DNA of 32,000 nt from Schaalia meyeri (GTDB taxonomy: Bacteria > Actinomycetota > Actinomycetes > Actinomycetales > Actinomycetaceae): NCBI RefSeq assembly GCF_900105015.1, contig NZ_FNLK01000007.1, positions 3,060 to 35,059 on the forward strand. The letters are read 5' to 3'. Shown piece by piece: positions 23,435 to 32,000 of the stretch (the stretch's first letter is position 1; each line of letters starts with the position of its first letter). The notes beneath the pieces are model-generated. The model ran no database searches. It was not told the origin of the DNA and saw nothing but the letters and a program-made list of their open reading frames with translations. The position numbers and the translations under genes were made by a program.

Positions 23435-26188
23435 ATGAGCGCGACACTGAACGAGATCCTGGACGACCTGGAGGATGAGGGGCGGCTGCGGGAAGACGAC
23501 GCCTTATACCAGGCCTTCACGTCCTGGGCGGAGTCGACCGGGCGGCCGCTCTACCCCCACCAGGAGGAGGCTCTGATGCATATCCTGGCGGGAAACCACG
23601 TCATCGCGGCCACCCCCACGGGGTCTGGGAAGTCGATGATCGCGCTGGCCGCTCACTTCGTCTCGATGGCCCACGGGGGCCGCTCCTATTACACGGCTCC
23701 GCTCAAGGCACTCGTGTCGGAGAAATTCTTTGACCTGGTTTCGCTCTTCGGGGCTGATAACGTCGGCATGATCACGGGAGACGTATCCCTGAACGCGGAT
23801 GCGCCGATCATCTGCTGCACGGCGGAAATCCTGGCGAACCAGTCCCTGCGCGAGGGGCCATCGCTGGACGCGGACATGATTGTCATGGACGAGTTTCACT
23901 TTTACGGGGACCGCCAGCGCGGGTGGGCGTGGCAGGTGCCGCTCCTGGAGCTAACCTCGCCTCAGGTGGTCGCCATGAGCGCCACCCTGGGTGACACGTC
24001 GCGCTTTGAGCGCAGCTGGAAGGAGCGCACCGGACGCGACGTGGCGCTGGTGGACGACGCCAAGAGGCCCGTGCCACTCGAGTTTGAATACGTCGTTGAC
24101 CGCCTGCCAGACACGGTTGAGCGGCTGCTGGGCGAGGGCCGCTGGCCCGTGTACATCGTGCACTTTTCGCAGCGCGACGCGGTAACCACGGCGCAGTCCT
24201 TCGACCGGACCCCCCTGATTTCGGCCGAGAAGAAGCGCGCAATCAGCGCCCAGCTGGCGGGGGTGTCGTTCGCGAAGGGTTTCGGCCAGACCCTCAAATC
24301 GCTGCTTTCCCAGGGGATCGGCGTCCACCACGCCGGCATGCTGCCCCGCTACCGTCGCCTGGTGGAGCGCCTCACCCAGGCCGGGCTGCTGCCCATCGTG
24401 TGCGGCACTGACACGCTCGGCGTGGGCATCAACGTGCCGATCCGTACGGTCCTCATGACGTCACTGGTCAAGTACGACGGGAGGCGCATGCGTCACCTCT
24501 CGGCGCGCGAGTTCCACCAGATCGCGGGCCGCGCGGGCCGCGCAGGCTTCGACACGGTGGGGTTCGTGCGGGTCCTAGCGCCCGAACACGAGGTGGAGGC
24601 GGCGCGCGAGCGTGCGCGACTGAGCGCCGCGCAAGAGGCGGCGCGCGACGCCCGGGAGGCGAAGCGGGCGGCAAAAAAGTCGGCGAAGAAACGCAAGGGG
24701 CCGGGCGCGGGCGAGATCTCGTGGACGCGCTCGACCTTCGATCGCCTGGTCAACGCGGCGCCCGAACAGTTGCCCAGCCGCTTCGAGATGACCCACGCGA
24801 TGGTGCTCAACGTCCTGGCTGGCGCGCCCACGGCCGGGCGTGATCCGGGTGAGCACCTGGTGTGGCTGGCCCGATACAACGACGACGCGCCCACGGAGGC
24901 CAACCCGCACCTGCGCAGGCTCGGCGAAATCTATACGTCAATGAAGCAGGCCGGGGTGGTGGAGCACGTGTCGTCCGCGCAGGCCTCGGCCTCCGGTCAG
25001 CCGCGCCTGCGCGCCGCCACCGACCTGCCCGACGATTTCGCGCTCAACCAGCCGCTGTCCCCCTTCGCGCTGGCCGCTCTGGAGCTGCTGGACCCGGACT
25101 CCCCCACATTCGCGCTCGACGTGGTTTCCGTGATCGAGTCGGTGCTGGAGGATCCGCGCCCCCTGCTGTTCGCACAGGAGAAGGCCGCCCGCGCCGAGGC
25201 GGTGGCCGCCATGAAGGCGGAGGGCATGGAGTACGACGATCGCATGGCAGCGCTTGAGGAGGTGACCTGGCCGCGTCCGTTGGCTTCCCTGCTGGACGAG
25301 GCCTTCGCCGTGTACGTGCGCGCGAATCCGTGGATCGGTGCCGAGGAGATTTCGCCGAAGTCGGTTGTGCGCGAGATGATCGAGAACGCGCTGACCTTTA
25401 CGGGAATCGTGGGGCGCTACGACGTGGGGCGTTCCGAGGGGATCGTGCTGCGTTACCTGACGGACGCGTATCGGGCGCTGCGCCAGATCGTGCCAGACGA
25501 ACTGATGACGAACGAGCTGCGCTCGATCATCTCGTGGTTGTCTTCGCTGATCCGCGCGGTGGATTCCTCGCTGTTGGACGAGTGGGAGGCGCTGTCCTCC
25601 GGCCGCGCCCTGTCCCCGGGCGCCGAGGGGGACGGCACGCAGGGCGCGGAGCTGGCGTTTGGCGCTACCGAGGACGGGCGGGTCACCTTCAGCGCAAACC
25701 GGCACGCGTTCCGCACGGCGATTCGCCGCGCGCTGTTCGAGAGGGTGGAGGCCATGAGCCGGGACAACGTCCAGGCCCTGACGCGCCTGGACGAGGCCTC
25801 GCGCACCCTCCTTGTCGCCCCGTGGGGCGAGGACGAGTGGGACGCGGCGCTGGAGCGCTACTGGGCGGAGCACGACTGGATCGGCATCGACCAGCGCGCC
25901 CGAGGCACGTCGCTGTGCGCGCTGAACGAGGCGCCCACCCGGGAGGACGTATTGGAGCTCGCACCCGCCACCGCCTCGTCCCAGATGCTGCGCGCCCAGG
26001 CGGAGCGAATCGAGGAGCTGGCGGAGGAGGTTGATCAGGCTCCGTCCGGGTCGGTCTGGCTGGCCACGCAGAACCTGTTGGACCCGGAGGAGGACATGGA
26101 CTGGCGCATCGTCGCCCTCGTGGACATTCCCGCCTCCGACGAGGCGGGCCGGGTCGCCCTGGCGACGCTCACGGTCGGGCCGCGGTAG
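23435..26188 (+). CDS. Superfamily-2 DEAD/DEAH-box (Ski2-like) helicase with a long C-terminal DUF3516-type region
   Basis: 917 aa starting at MSATLNEILDDL. Motif I is ATPTGSGKS, motif II is MDEFH, motif III is MSATLG and motif VI is HQIAGRAGRAGFD. The C-terminal family name is from memory. The 48 codons upstream in the ORF look non-coding. Confidence 0.88.
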   Translation: MSATLNEILDDLEDEGRLREDDALYQAFTSWAESTGRPLYPHQEEALMHILAGNHVIAATPTGSGKSMIALAAHFVSMAHGGRSYYTAPLKALVSEKFFDLVSLFGADNVGMITGDVSLNADAPIICCTAEILANQSLREGPSLDADMIVMDEFHFYGDRQRGWAWQVPLLELTSPQVVAMSATLGDTSRFERSWKERTGRDVALVDDAKRPVPLEFEYVVDRLPDTVERLLGEGRWPVYIVHFSQRDAVTTAQSFDRTPLISAEKKRAISAQLAGVSFAKGFGQTLKSLLSQGIGVHHAGMLPRYRRLVERLTQAGLLPIVCGTDTLGVGINVPIRTVLMTSLVKYDGRRMRHLSAREFHQIAGRAGRAGFDTVGFVRVLAPEHEVEAARERARLSAAQEAARDAREAKRAAKKSAKKRKGPGAGEISWTRSTFDRLVNAAPEQLPSRFEMTHAMVLNVLAGAPTAGRDPGEHLVWLARYNDDAPTEANPHLRRLGEIYTSMKQAGVVEHVSSAQASASGQPRLRAATDLPDDFALNQPLSPFALAALELLDPDSPTFALDVVSVIESVLEDPRPLLFAQEKAARAEAVAAMKAEGMEYDDRMAALEEVTWPRPLASLLDEAFAVYVRANPWIGAEEISPKSVVREMIENALTFTGIVGRYDVGRSEGIVLRYLTDAYRALRQIVPDELMTNELRSIISWLSSLIRAVDSSLLDEWEALSSGRALSPGAEGDGTQGAELAFGATEDGRVTFSANRHAFRTAIRRALFERVEAMSRDNVQALTRLDEASRTLLVAPWGEDEWDAALERYWAEHDWIGIDQRARGTSLCALNEAPTREDVLELAPATASSQMLRAQAERIEELAEEVDQAPSGSVWLATQNLLDPEEDMDWRIVALVDIPASDEAGRVALATLTVGPR

Positions 26189-26209
26189 GGCAGTCCTGGG
26201 CCGCGAGCT

Positions 26210-26773
26210 CTAGCGGCGGGCGTAGCGGCGAACCTTCTCGACGAACTCGGCACGGTAGACCGGGGTGTCCTGCGGGTGATCGATCTTGCCGAGGATGAGG
26301 ACGTCCGTCAATCGGATGCCGACAAATCCCAGGATCATGCGCTTCCAGCGCGTGATCGGCCCCCCAAAGATGCGGTAGAAGAACGCGGGTGCGCGAGAGG
26401 TGAGGATGAGCGCTGCCGTCTTGCCTGTGAGCAGCGCCTGGCTCTTTCCGTCGGCGAATCGGTATGCGAAGCGCGGGGTGAAGGTGCGGTCAAGGAACCC
26501 CTTGAGGATGGCAGGCTCTGCCGACCACCAGATCGGGAAGCTGAAGACCAGGTGGTCCGCCCACGCGATTTCTTCCTGGTAGCGATCGGGGGCGCTTTCG
26601 TCCTCCATGTGTTTGCGGTAACCGTATCGCAAGTTCGGGTCGAAGTCCTCGGCGGCGAGGTCGATCATGCGCACCTGGTGACCCGCTTTGCTTGCCTCCT
26701 CGGCGTAGGCGGTTGCCAGCTCGTGTGAATAGCTGCCGGAGTCGGGGCTGCCCTGAATGACAAGAATCTTCAC
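26210..26773 (-). CDS. Flavodoxin-like fold NAD(P)H dehydrogenase (quinone) family protein
   Basis: 187 aa starting at VKILVIQGSPDSGSYSHELA, with the FSFPIWW motif typical of the NQO/MdaB/KefF-like fold. SD GAAGGAG lies 5 nt before GTG 26773. Confidence 0.85.
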   Translation of the reverse strand: MKILVIQGSPDSGSYSHELATAYAEEASKAGHQVRMIDLAAEDFDPNLRYGYRKHMEDESAPDRYQEEIAWADHLVFSFPIWWSAEPAILKGFLDRTFTPRFAYRFADGKSQALLTGKTAALILTSRAPAFFYRIFGGPITRWKRMILGFVGIRLTDVLILGKIDHPQDTPVYRAEFVEKVRRYARR

Positions 26774-26883
26774 GATGGCTCCTTCGCTGTCATGCACCCG
26801 TTTCAACTGTATACCCGTCGGTTAGACGACACAAGGACCTGTCGTCGCGAGACCGTGGCGTACAGTGGAAGCTCATCGCCCCT

Positions 26884-27591
26884 CTAGGCGTCTTCGGAGG
26901 AGCTCGTCTCGGTCCGCACGGTTTTGCGGATCGCCCAGTCGATGGCCGCGAAGAAGCCCATGAAGACCAGGGCCCCGATGAGGATGGCGACGATGTTGAC
27001 CCCGACCTGCGCGTAGCCGATGCGCCACACGTTGACGAAACCGTAGGGGTACTGGTGGACCAGAGCGCCGCGCGCGAGCGTGTAGGCGACCCAGGCGATC
27101 GGGATCAGCAGAGCGCGGCCCAGTGTCCCCCACGTGATGCCTCCGCGCGGTCCCGCGATGGCCGCGACACCCACGAAGACCGCCGGGACGATAATGTGCT
27201 GCAGCGGGTTCGTGACGAGGGCGTACCCGGAGAGGACCTCGTAGGGGCCGATGAGGGTCGCGTACACGATCGCGGTCACCGTGATCATCATGAGGGCGCA
27301 CAGGTGGGCTGCCCTCCCCCAGCGGCCCACACGGCCGCTGCGGGCCAGGATCGTCGAGATGAGTGCGACCATAATGTTGGAGAGTTCGGTGAAGTAGGAC
27401 AGGCACTCGACGAGGCGTTGAGGCGCGCCCGCCCAGCCGGATGCGGCACCCCCGAAGAGCCCCTCCTCGTAGTACGTGGGCGGTGCATACCCGCCCAGGG
27501 TACTGATGATGATCGTCGATGCGACGCCCGCCCACGCCAGGGTGGCCACCACCCAGTACGCGGTGCGCCCGCGAGCGCCCAGTTCAGTCAT
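26884..27591 (-). CDS. Pr6Pr-family integral membrane protein (FAR-17a/AIG1-like)
   Basis: A polytopic protein with YFTELSN and the Pro-x6-Pro signature NPLQHIIVP. The start is uncertain: ATG 27591 (MTELGARG) or GTG 27639. Neither has a convincing SD. Confidence 0.7.
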   Translation of the reverse strand: MTELGARGRTAYWVVATLAWAGVASTIIISTLGGYAPPTYYEEGLFGGAASGWAGAPQRLVECLSYFTELSNIMVALISTILARSGRVGRWGRAAHLCALMMITVTAIVYATLIGPYEVLSGYALVTNPLQHIIVPAVFVGVAAIAGPRGGITWGTLGRALLIPIAWVAYTLARGALVHQYPYGFVNVWRIGYAQVGVNIVAILIGALVFMGFFAAIDWAIRKTVRTETSSSEDA

Positions 27592-28001
27592 ATCAGCCAA
27601 TGTTTCTCTGATCCTCTCAACGCCGTACTGGATGACCACTGAAGTAGGTCTGCGGGGAGCCCGCTCGAATTGCTGTCACCACGCAGTTCTCCGGCTCATC
27701 CAGGCAGATCAATAGCCAATCCGGTCGAGTGTGACACTCGCACAAACCGGCATAGTCACCCGTCAGGAGATGATCACGCCTTTGGGGCGGCCACTGTTGG
27801 CCGAGAAGAATCATATCAATGACGCTGCAAGCTCCTTGATGGGCCCCTCTTCATTTCGTCACTCCTTTCATAGGCGCCGCGTGAAACCCGCACTACCCCA
27901 GCTCCACCAAAAGCCCTCGAATACGCCGAAAGACGCCGAGCAAGGGCGGTCCCGGTTACATCAACCCGGTCCCCGCAGCCGCGAGGACGTTGCGGGCTGC
28001 C

Positions 28002-28514
28002 TCAGGCGAGCGCCGCCAGGTCGGCGACCTGTGCGCCTGCTAGGTCGGCCAGGTCGAGGGGGCTCAGTTCGACACTGAGACCGCGGCGACCTCCCGAGAC
28101 GATCACGGTCTCGTGGTCCAGGCACGAGGAGTCGATGAACGTGCGGTGGGAGGTGGTTTGTCCCAGCGGACTAATGCCGCCGACGACGTATCCGGTGCGG
28201 CGCTGGGCGAGCGCGGGATCTGCCATGGCCGCGCTCTTCGCCCCGGCGGCCCTGGCGATGAGCTTCATGGACAGGTGCGTCAGGGCGGGCACGCAGCCGA
28301 CGACGAACTCGCCGGACGGCGCCAATCGCACCATGAGCGTCTTGAAGACCCTGGTGGGGTCGATCCCCAGCTTCTCCACGGTCTCCTGGCCGAATGCGCG
28401 GGCGGCGGGGTCGTGCTCGTACTCGTGAACGGTGAAGGGCACGCCCGCCGCCGTCAGTTCCTCGATGGCGCGGGTGGGTCCACCTCCGCGTTCCTTCGCG
28501 TGTTTGCGAGCCAT
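28002..28514 (-). CDS. ybaK: Cys-tRNA(Pro)/Cys-tRNA(Cys) deacylase, YbaK/EbsC family
   Basis: 170 aa with AGVPFTVHEY, VFKTLMV and GYVVGGISPLGQ, including the conserved lysine and GxxxP loop of the YbaK editing domain. Confidence 0.9.
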   Translation of the reverse strand: MARKHAKERGGGPTRAIEELTAAGVPFTVHEYEHDPAARAFGQETVEKLGIDPTRVFKTLMVRLAPSGEFVVGCVPALTHLSMKLIARAAGAKSAAMADPALAQRRTGYVVGGISPLGQTTSHRTFIDSSCLDHETVIVSGGRRGLSVELSPLDLADLAGAQVADLAALA

Positions 28515-28532
28515 GGCTCCCAGCCTACGGCC

Positions 28533-28922
28533 TCAGAGGATGGAGGCCGAGGGGGAGGAAACGACGACTTTGCCGAAGGGGAAGCAGGTGATCGGTATCA
28601 TCTTGAGGTTCGCGATGGCCAACGGGATGCCGATGATCGTCACGGCCTGGACGGCGGCCGTCGCCACGTGTCCGATCGCGAGCCACAGTCCGGCGATCAG
28701 GAACCAGATGATGTTCATGAGCGCCGATCCGACGCCGGCCGTGGGTTTGTCGACGACGCACTTGCCAAAGGGCCACAGCACGTACCCAGCGATGCGGAAG
28801 CAGGCGATGCCCGCGGGGATGGTCACGATAAAGATGAAGGAGACCAGCCCGGCCATGATGTAGCCGAGAAACAGCGGCATTCCGCCGAAGAAGAACCAGA
28901 TGATGTTAAGCAGTGTCCGCAC
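28533..28922 (-). CDS. yccF: YccF-domain (DUF307) inner membrane protein
   Basis: There are two YccF repeats: LLNIIWFFFGG...TIPAGIACFRIAGYVLWPFG and LMNIIWFLIAGLWLAIGH...TIIGIPLAIANLKM. SD AAAGGAG lies 6 nt before GTG 28922. The 56 extra N-terminal codons in the track ORF are Arg/Trp-rich and not protein-like. Confidence 0.88.
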   Translation of the reverse strand: MRTLLNIIWFFFGGMPLFLGYIMAGLVSFIFIVTIPAGIACFRIAGYVLWPFGKCVVDKPTAGVGSALMNIIWFLIAGLWLAIGHVATAAVQAVTIIGIPLAIANLKMIPITCFPFGKVVVSSPSASIL

Positions 28923-29038
28923 GAGCGACTCCTTTAGTTGACCGGTGGCTATCCCAGTGTTCCACGCCCACGGGTCCGACACGCCCTGATGCGCCCCTGA
29001 TTGAACCCCGAAAGATGCCCGCGCGTACCATAAAATCC

Positions 29039-29737
29039 ATGAGTATCTCGGAGGCCATCGCCACCGCCCGGCAGCGTATCGATGCCGCATCGGCGGCGCG
29101 GGGGCGAACCGAGTCGGTGACGCTGGAGCTGGCTGTCAAGACGCGTACGCCCGAGGAGTGCCGCGAGGCGGCGCGCGCCCTGGCCGACGCCGGAGCGCCG
29201 ATCCTGCTGGGGCACAACCGCGTCCAGGAGGCCCGCGCGAGCGCCGAAGCGATCCGCGAGGTCGCGGGGGCACGTGTCCACCTGATCGGCCCCCTGCAGT
29301 CCAACAAGATCAACCATGCCCTGTCCTGCGTGGACGTGATCGAATCCCTGGACTCGGCCGACCTGGCGGCAAAGATAGACGCGCGAGCAACCGGCAGCCT
29401 TCCAGTCTTCGTCGAGGTTAACGTCTCGGGGGAGCCCACCAAGCACGGGTGCGCGCCCTGCGATGTCCGCCCGCTCGTCGAGGCCGTGGCCGCCTCCTCG
29501 CACCTGGAGCTGGCGGGCTTCATGACGGTGGGCCTGAACTCACCCGTCGAGGTGGACGTGCGCGCCGCGTACGCGCGGCTGCGGGACTTACGCGACCAGG
29601 CCGCCCGCGACCTGGGCACCGGGGAGGACGCCCTGGCGCTGTCGATGGGGATGAGCCGCGACCTGGAGTGGGCCGTCGCCGAGGGCGCGACGATCGTGCG
29701 CCTGGGGACGGCGATCTTCGGGGCCAGGCGCGCCTAG
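29039..29737 (+). CDS. yggS: YggS-family pyridoxal-phosphate homeostasis protein
   Basis: 232 aa with LELAVKTRT (PLP lysine), LGHNRVQEA, HLIGPLQSNK, FVEVNVSGE..KHG, LSMGMS.D...A...G.T.VRLGTAIFG. Confidence 0.92.
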   Translation: MSISEAIATARQRIDAASAARGRTESVTLELAVKTRTPEECREAARALADAGAPILLGHNRVQEARASAEAIREVAGARVHLIGPLQSNKINHALSCVDVIESLDSADLAAKIDARATGSLPVFVEVNVSGEPTKHGCAPCDVRPLVEAVAASSHLELAGFMTVGLNSPVEVDVRAAYARLRDLRDQAARDLGTGEDALALSMGMSRDLEWAVAEGATIVRLGTAIFGARRA

Positions 29738-29790
29738 GGGCAACTGGGCGGCGCGAGACAAAGGAGGCCTCGCCCCTTCGATCCGGAGCC

Positions 29791-30840
29791 TCAGGGGATG
29801 CGGTGCACCCACTCGGGGCGGGCGAACTTGGTCTCGCAGCGCTCCCGTGCGATACTCAGGTCCTCCTCGGTGATGGTGCCGACGGTGGCGTTGTACTTGT
29901 CCTTGAAGTGGTTAAAGAACGCCCGCAGGACTTCTTCGCGGGGCAGCCCCGTCTGCGAGCGCATCGGGTCGACGCGCTTGACGGCGGACCTGGTGCCCTT
30001 GTCGCGGATCTTCTCCATGCCGATGCGCAGGACCTCGTTCATCTTGGTGGCATCGATGTCATAGGCCATGGTCACGTGGTGCACCATGTATCCGTTCGCC
30101 CAGCGCTTCTGCGCGGCCCCACCAATCTTGCCCGCCTCGGACGCGATGTCGTTGAGGGGCACGTAGGTCGCTTTGATGCCCAGCTTGGCCAGGACCTCCA
30201 TGACCCACTGGTCCAGGTACGGGTAGGCCTGCTCGAAGCTCATTCCGTCCACCAGAGCCGTGGGGATGACCAGCGAATAGGTGATGCAGTTGCCGGGCTC
30301 CATAAACATGGCGCCGCCGCCGGTGACGCGCCGCGACACGGTGATTCCGTAGCGCTCCACCCCGTCGGGCTGGATCTCGTTCTGGTAGGACTGGAAGGAG
30401 CCGATCACCACCTGCGGCCCATTCCATTCCCACAGGCGCATGAAGGGCTTGCGGCGCCCGGCGGCCACGTCCTCGACCAGGGTTTCGTCCATGGCGACAT
30501 TGATCATCGGATCGACGACGGGGCCGTGGATGACGTCGAAGTCGATGTCGTCCCACGACAGGGCGGCCCCCAGCGCCCGGCGTACGGCGATGCCGACCGC
30601 TTCGGGGGTGACGCCCATGAGGGTGTCCTCCTGGTGCAGGGCGGCCTGGACGCGCGCGGCCAGTTCTTTCGCGCCCAACGAGGCCGGGGCGCCCTCCAGG
30701 GAGGCGGTCATCCGGGTGAGCGCGTCGTCGGGGTCAAGGAAGAAGTCGCCGGACACGCTCACGCGGGCGAGGCGGTCCTCCACCACGTCCGTATCAACGA
30801 CGACAAGCTTTCCTCCGGGGACTTTGTACTCTCCATGCAT
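29791..30840 (-). CDS. lplA: Lipoate--protein ligase with circularly permuted domain order (accessory domain N-terminal)
   Basis: 349 aa from MHGEYKVPGGKL. The LplA C-terminal-type accessory domain comes first (GGKLVVVD....VSVSGDFFLDP). The BPL_LplA_LipB catalytic domain follows (RRVTGGGAMFMEPGNCITYSLV, KIGGAAQKR with the catalytic lysine). ATG 30840 lies 23 nt after the ilvD stop. The track ORF's extra 115 codons overlap ilvD. Confidence 0.85.
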   Translation of the reverse strand: MHGEYKVPGGKLVVVDTDVVEDRLARVSVSGDFFLDPDDALTRMTASLEGAPASLGAKELAARVQAALHQEDTLMGVTPEAVGIAVRRALGAALSWDDIDFDVIHGPVVDPMINVAMDETLVEDVAAGRRKPFMRLWEWNGPQVVIGSFQSYQNEIQPDGVERYGITVSRRVTGGGAMFMEPGNCITYSLVIPTALVDGMSFEQAYPYLDQWVMEVLAKLGIKATYVPLNDIASEAGKIGGAAQKRWANGYMVHHVTMAYDIDATKMNEVLRIGMEKIRDKGTRSAVKRVDPMRSQTGLPREEVLRAFFNHFKDKYNATVGTITEEDLSIARERCETKFARPEWVHRIP

Positions 30841-30863
30841 GCCCCCGATTGTAGGCGTTCCTC

Positions 30864-32000
30864 TCACGCCCAGTCGGGCAAAACGCGCACGCCTCCCCTG
30901 TCGGCGGACGCGGCCAGCATCCCATAGACGCGAAGCGCGTCGGAGACCTGGCGCGGGCGCGGCTTTGAGGGCTTCCACGGGGCGGCGCCCTTCTCGGCGC
31001 GGCGGCGCTGCAGCTCCGCCTCGCTGACATTCGCACGCAGCACGCGGTTGTTGACGTCGATTTCGATCTCGTCGCCGGTGCGAACCAGGCCGATCGGGCC
31101 GCCGGCCGCTGCCTCGGGCGAGATATGCCCGATGGAGATGCCGGAGGTTCCCCCCGAGAATCGGCCATCGGTGATGAGGGCGCACCGCTTACCCAGCCCC
31201 AGGCCTTTCAGGTACGAGGTCGGGTAAAGCATCTCCTGCATGCCGGGGCCGCCCTTGGGGCCCTCGTACTGGATGACAACGACATCGCCTTCCTTCACCC
31301 GCCTGCCGAGGATGGCCTCGACGGCTTCCTCCTGGGATTCGACCACGAAGGCGCGCCCGACGAAGTGGAAGAGGGACTCGTCGATGCCTGCGGACTTGAT
31401 GATGGCGCCGCCTTCGGCGATGTTCCCGTAGAGCACCGCCAGGCCACCGTCGCGGGTGTAGGCGTGGGCCGTGGAGCGGATGCAGCCTGCCTGGGCGTCC
31501 GTGTCCAGGGAATCGAAGAAGTTGGTGCTCGAGAAGGCGCGGGTGGTTCGCACGCCCCCCGGGGCGGCCAGAAAGCGGTGGCGCGCCTCGTCAGTGGCGC
31601 TTCCGCCGCGCACGTCCCACTGCCCTAGCCACTCGCTCAGGGAGGCGGAATGGACGGAACGGACGTCACGGTTGAGCAGCCCGGCGCGGTCGAGCTCGCC
31701 CAGCAGGGCGGGGATTCCGCCGGCGCGGTGGACGTGCTCAATGTGGTAGGTCGTGGAGTTGGGGGCTACCTTGCACAGGCAGGGCACGCGGCGAGAGATC
31801 GCGTCAATGTCGTCCAGGGTAAAGTCGACGCGCGCCTCGTTTGCGACGGCGAGGATGTGCAGGACGGTGTTGGTGGAACCCCCCATGGCCACGTCCAGGC
31901 TCATGGCGTTCTCAAAGGCATGCTTGGTGGCGATCGAGCGGGGCAGCACGGAGTCGTCGTCACCCTCGTAGTAGGCGCGGCACATGTCGACGATGCGGCG
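30864..32000 (-). CDS. ilvD: Dihydroxy-acid dehydratase, C-terminal ~378 aa (5' end beyond the window)
   Basis: [37 protein letters not shown] and GDEIEIDV are classic IlvD blocks. The reading frame stays open to position 32000. Confidence 0.93.
   Translation of the reverse strand, partial: RRIVDMCRAYYEGDDDSVLPRSIATKHAFENAMSLDVAMGGSTNTVLHILAVANEARVDFTLDDIDAISRRVPCLCKVAPNSTTYHIEHVHRAGGIPALLGELDRAGLLNRDVRSVHSASLSEWLGQWDVRGGSATDEARHRFLAAPGGVRTTRAFSSTNFFDSLDTDAQAGCIRSTAHAYTRDGGLAVLYGNIAEGGAIIKSAGIDESLFHFVGRAFVVESQEEAVEAILGRRVKEGDVVVIQYEGPKGGPGMQEMLYPTSYLKGLGLGKRCALITDGRFSGGTSGISIGHISPEAAAGGPIGLVRTGDEIEIDVNNRVLRANVSEAELQRRRAEKGAAPWKPSKPRPRQVSDALRVYGMLAASADRGGVRVLPDWA

Noticed and set aside
26824-26851. 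An inverted repeat GACGAC-N10-GTCGTC (26826-26847) between the Pr6Pr and oxidoreductase genes.
   Set aside because: The arms are only 6 bp, there is no T tract, and nothing else supports it. In GC-rich DNA this could easily arise by chance, so I did not report it as a terminator.
27731-28078. A 115-aa plus-strand ORF in the low-GC patch.
   Set aside because: Its 3' part is antisense to the ybaK coding end. The translation is basic and Pro-rich without structure, and no SD precedes its GTG.
29449-30927. A 492-aa plus-strand ORF.
   Set aside because: It is antisense to the lipoate-protein ligase gene and overlaps the yggS 3' end out of frame. The composition is low-complexity Arg/Gly/Asp/His.
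30841-31185. The N-terminal extension of the lplA ORF, whose track start is 31185.
   Set aside because: These 115 codons overlap the well-supported 3' end of ilvD in another frame and are Arg/Pro-rich. The recognisable LplA sequence starts at ATG 30840.

Overview
This is a G+C-rich actinobacterial chromosomal segment. An Actinomycetaceae-like organism is only my guess. From memory, the gene order follows the conserved ddl-gpsA ... IclR ... tRNA-Gln/Glu-gltX-FAH backbone known from Mycobacterium and relatives, with accessory insertions. I can support 26 protein-coding genes, two of them truncated by the window ends, plus 4 tRNA genes, 3 hairpin terminators and a few candidate promoters and operators.

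Left to right the content is:
- the tail of an ABC exporter, followed by a dedicated ECF importer (MptD/Trep_Strep-type S component, EcfT, fused EcfA-A');
- tRNA-His;
- a minus-strand envelope block (orphan ATP-grasp ligase, ddl, gpsA, plsC, DAGK-like lipid kinase, murA);
- a roughly 590-670 bp ORF-free structured spacer;
- an IclR regulator;
- a 1339-aa secreted pullulanase with C-terminal choline-binding-type repeats;
- tRNA-Glu(CUC) x2, tRNA-Gln(CUG) and gltX;
- a PatB/MalY-type C-S lyase, then a purine nucleoside phosphorylase and NCS1 permease operon;
- an FAH-family hydrolase and an alanine/glycine:cation symporter;
- a DUF3516-type Ski2-like helicase;
- a flavodoxin-fold NAD(P)H oxidoreductase and a Pr6Pr membrane protein;
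- ybaK, yccF and yggS;
- a circularly permuted lipoate-protein ligase and the 3' part of ilvD.

I found no CRISPR array, transposase, integrase, phage gene or recognisable defence gene, and no convincing evidence for a novel multi-gene system. The items most worth a second look are:
- the mpt-like exporter + ECF module of unknown substrate;
- the orphan ATP-grasp ligase next to ddl;
- the long structured spacer upstream of murA;
- the choline-binding-repeat pullulanase with TTGCAG boxes in its promoter;
- the low-GC ORF-poor patch at 27.6-28.0 kb, which carries an SD-led micro-ORF pair;
- the domain-swapped LplA.

Many long ORFs in the supplied track are antisense shadow ORFs typical of high-GC DNA, and I rejected them.
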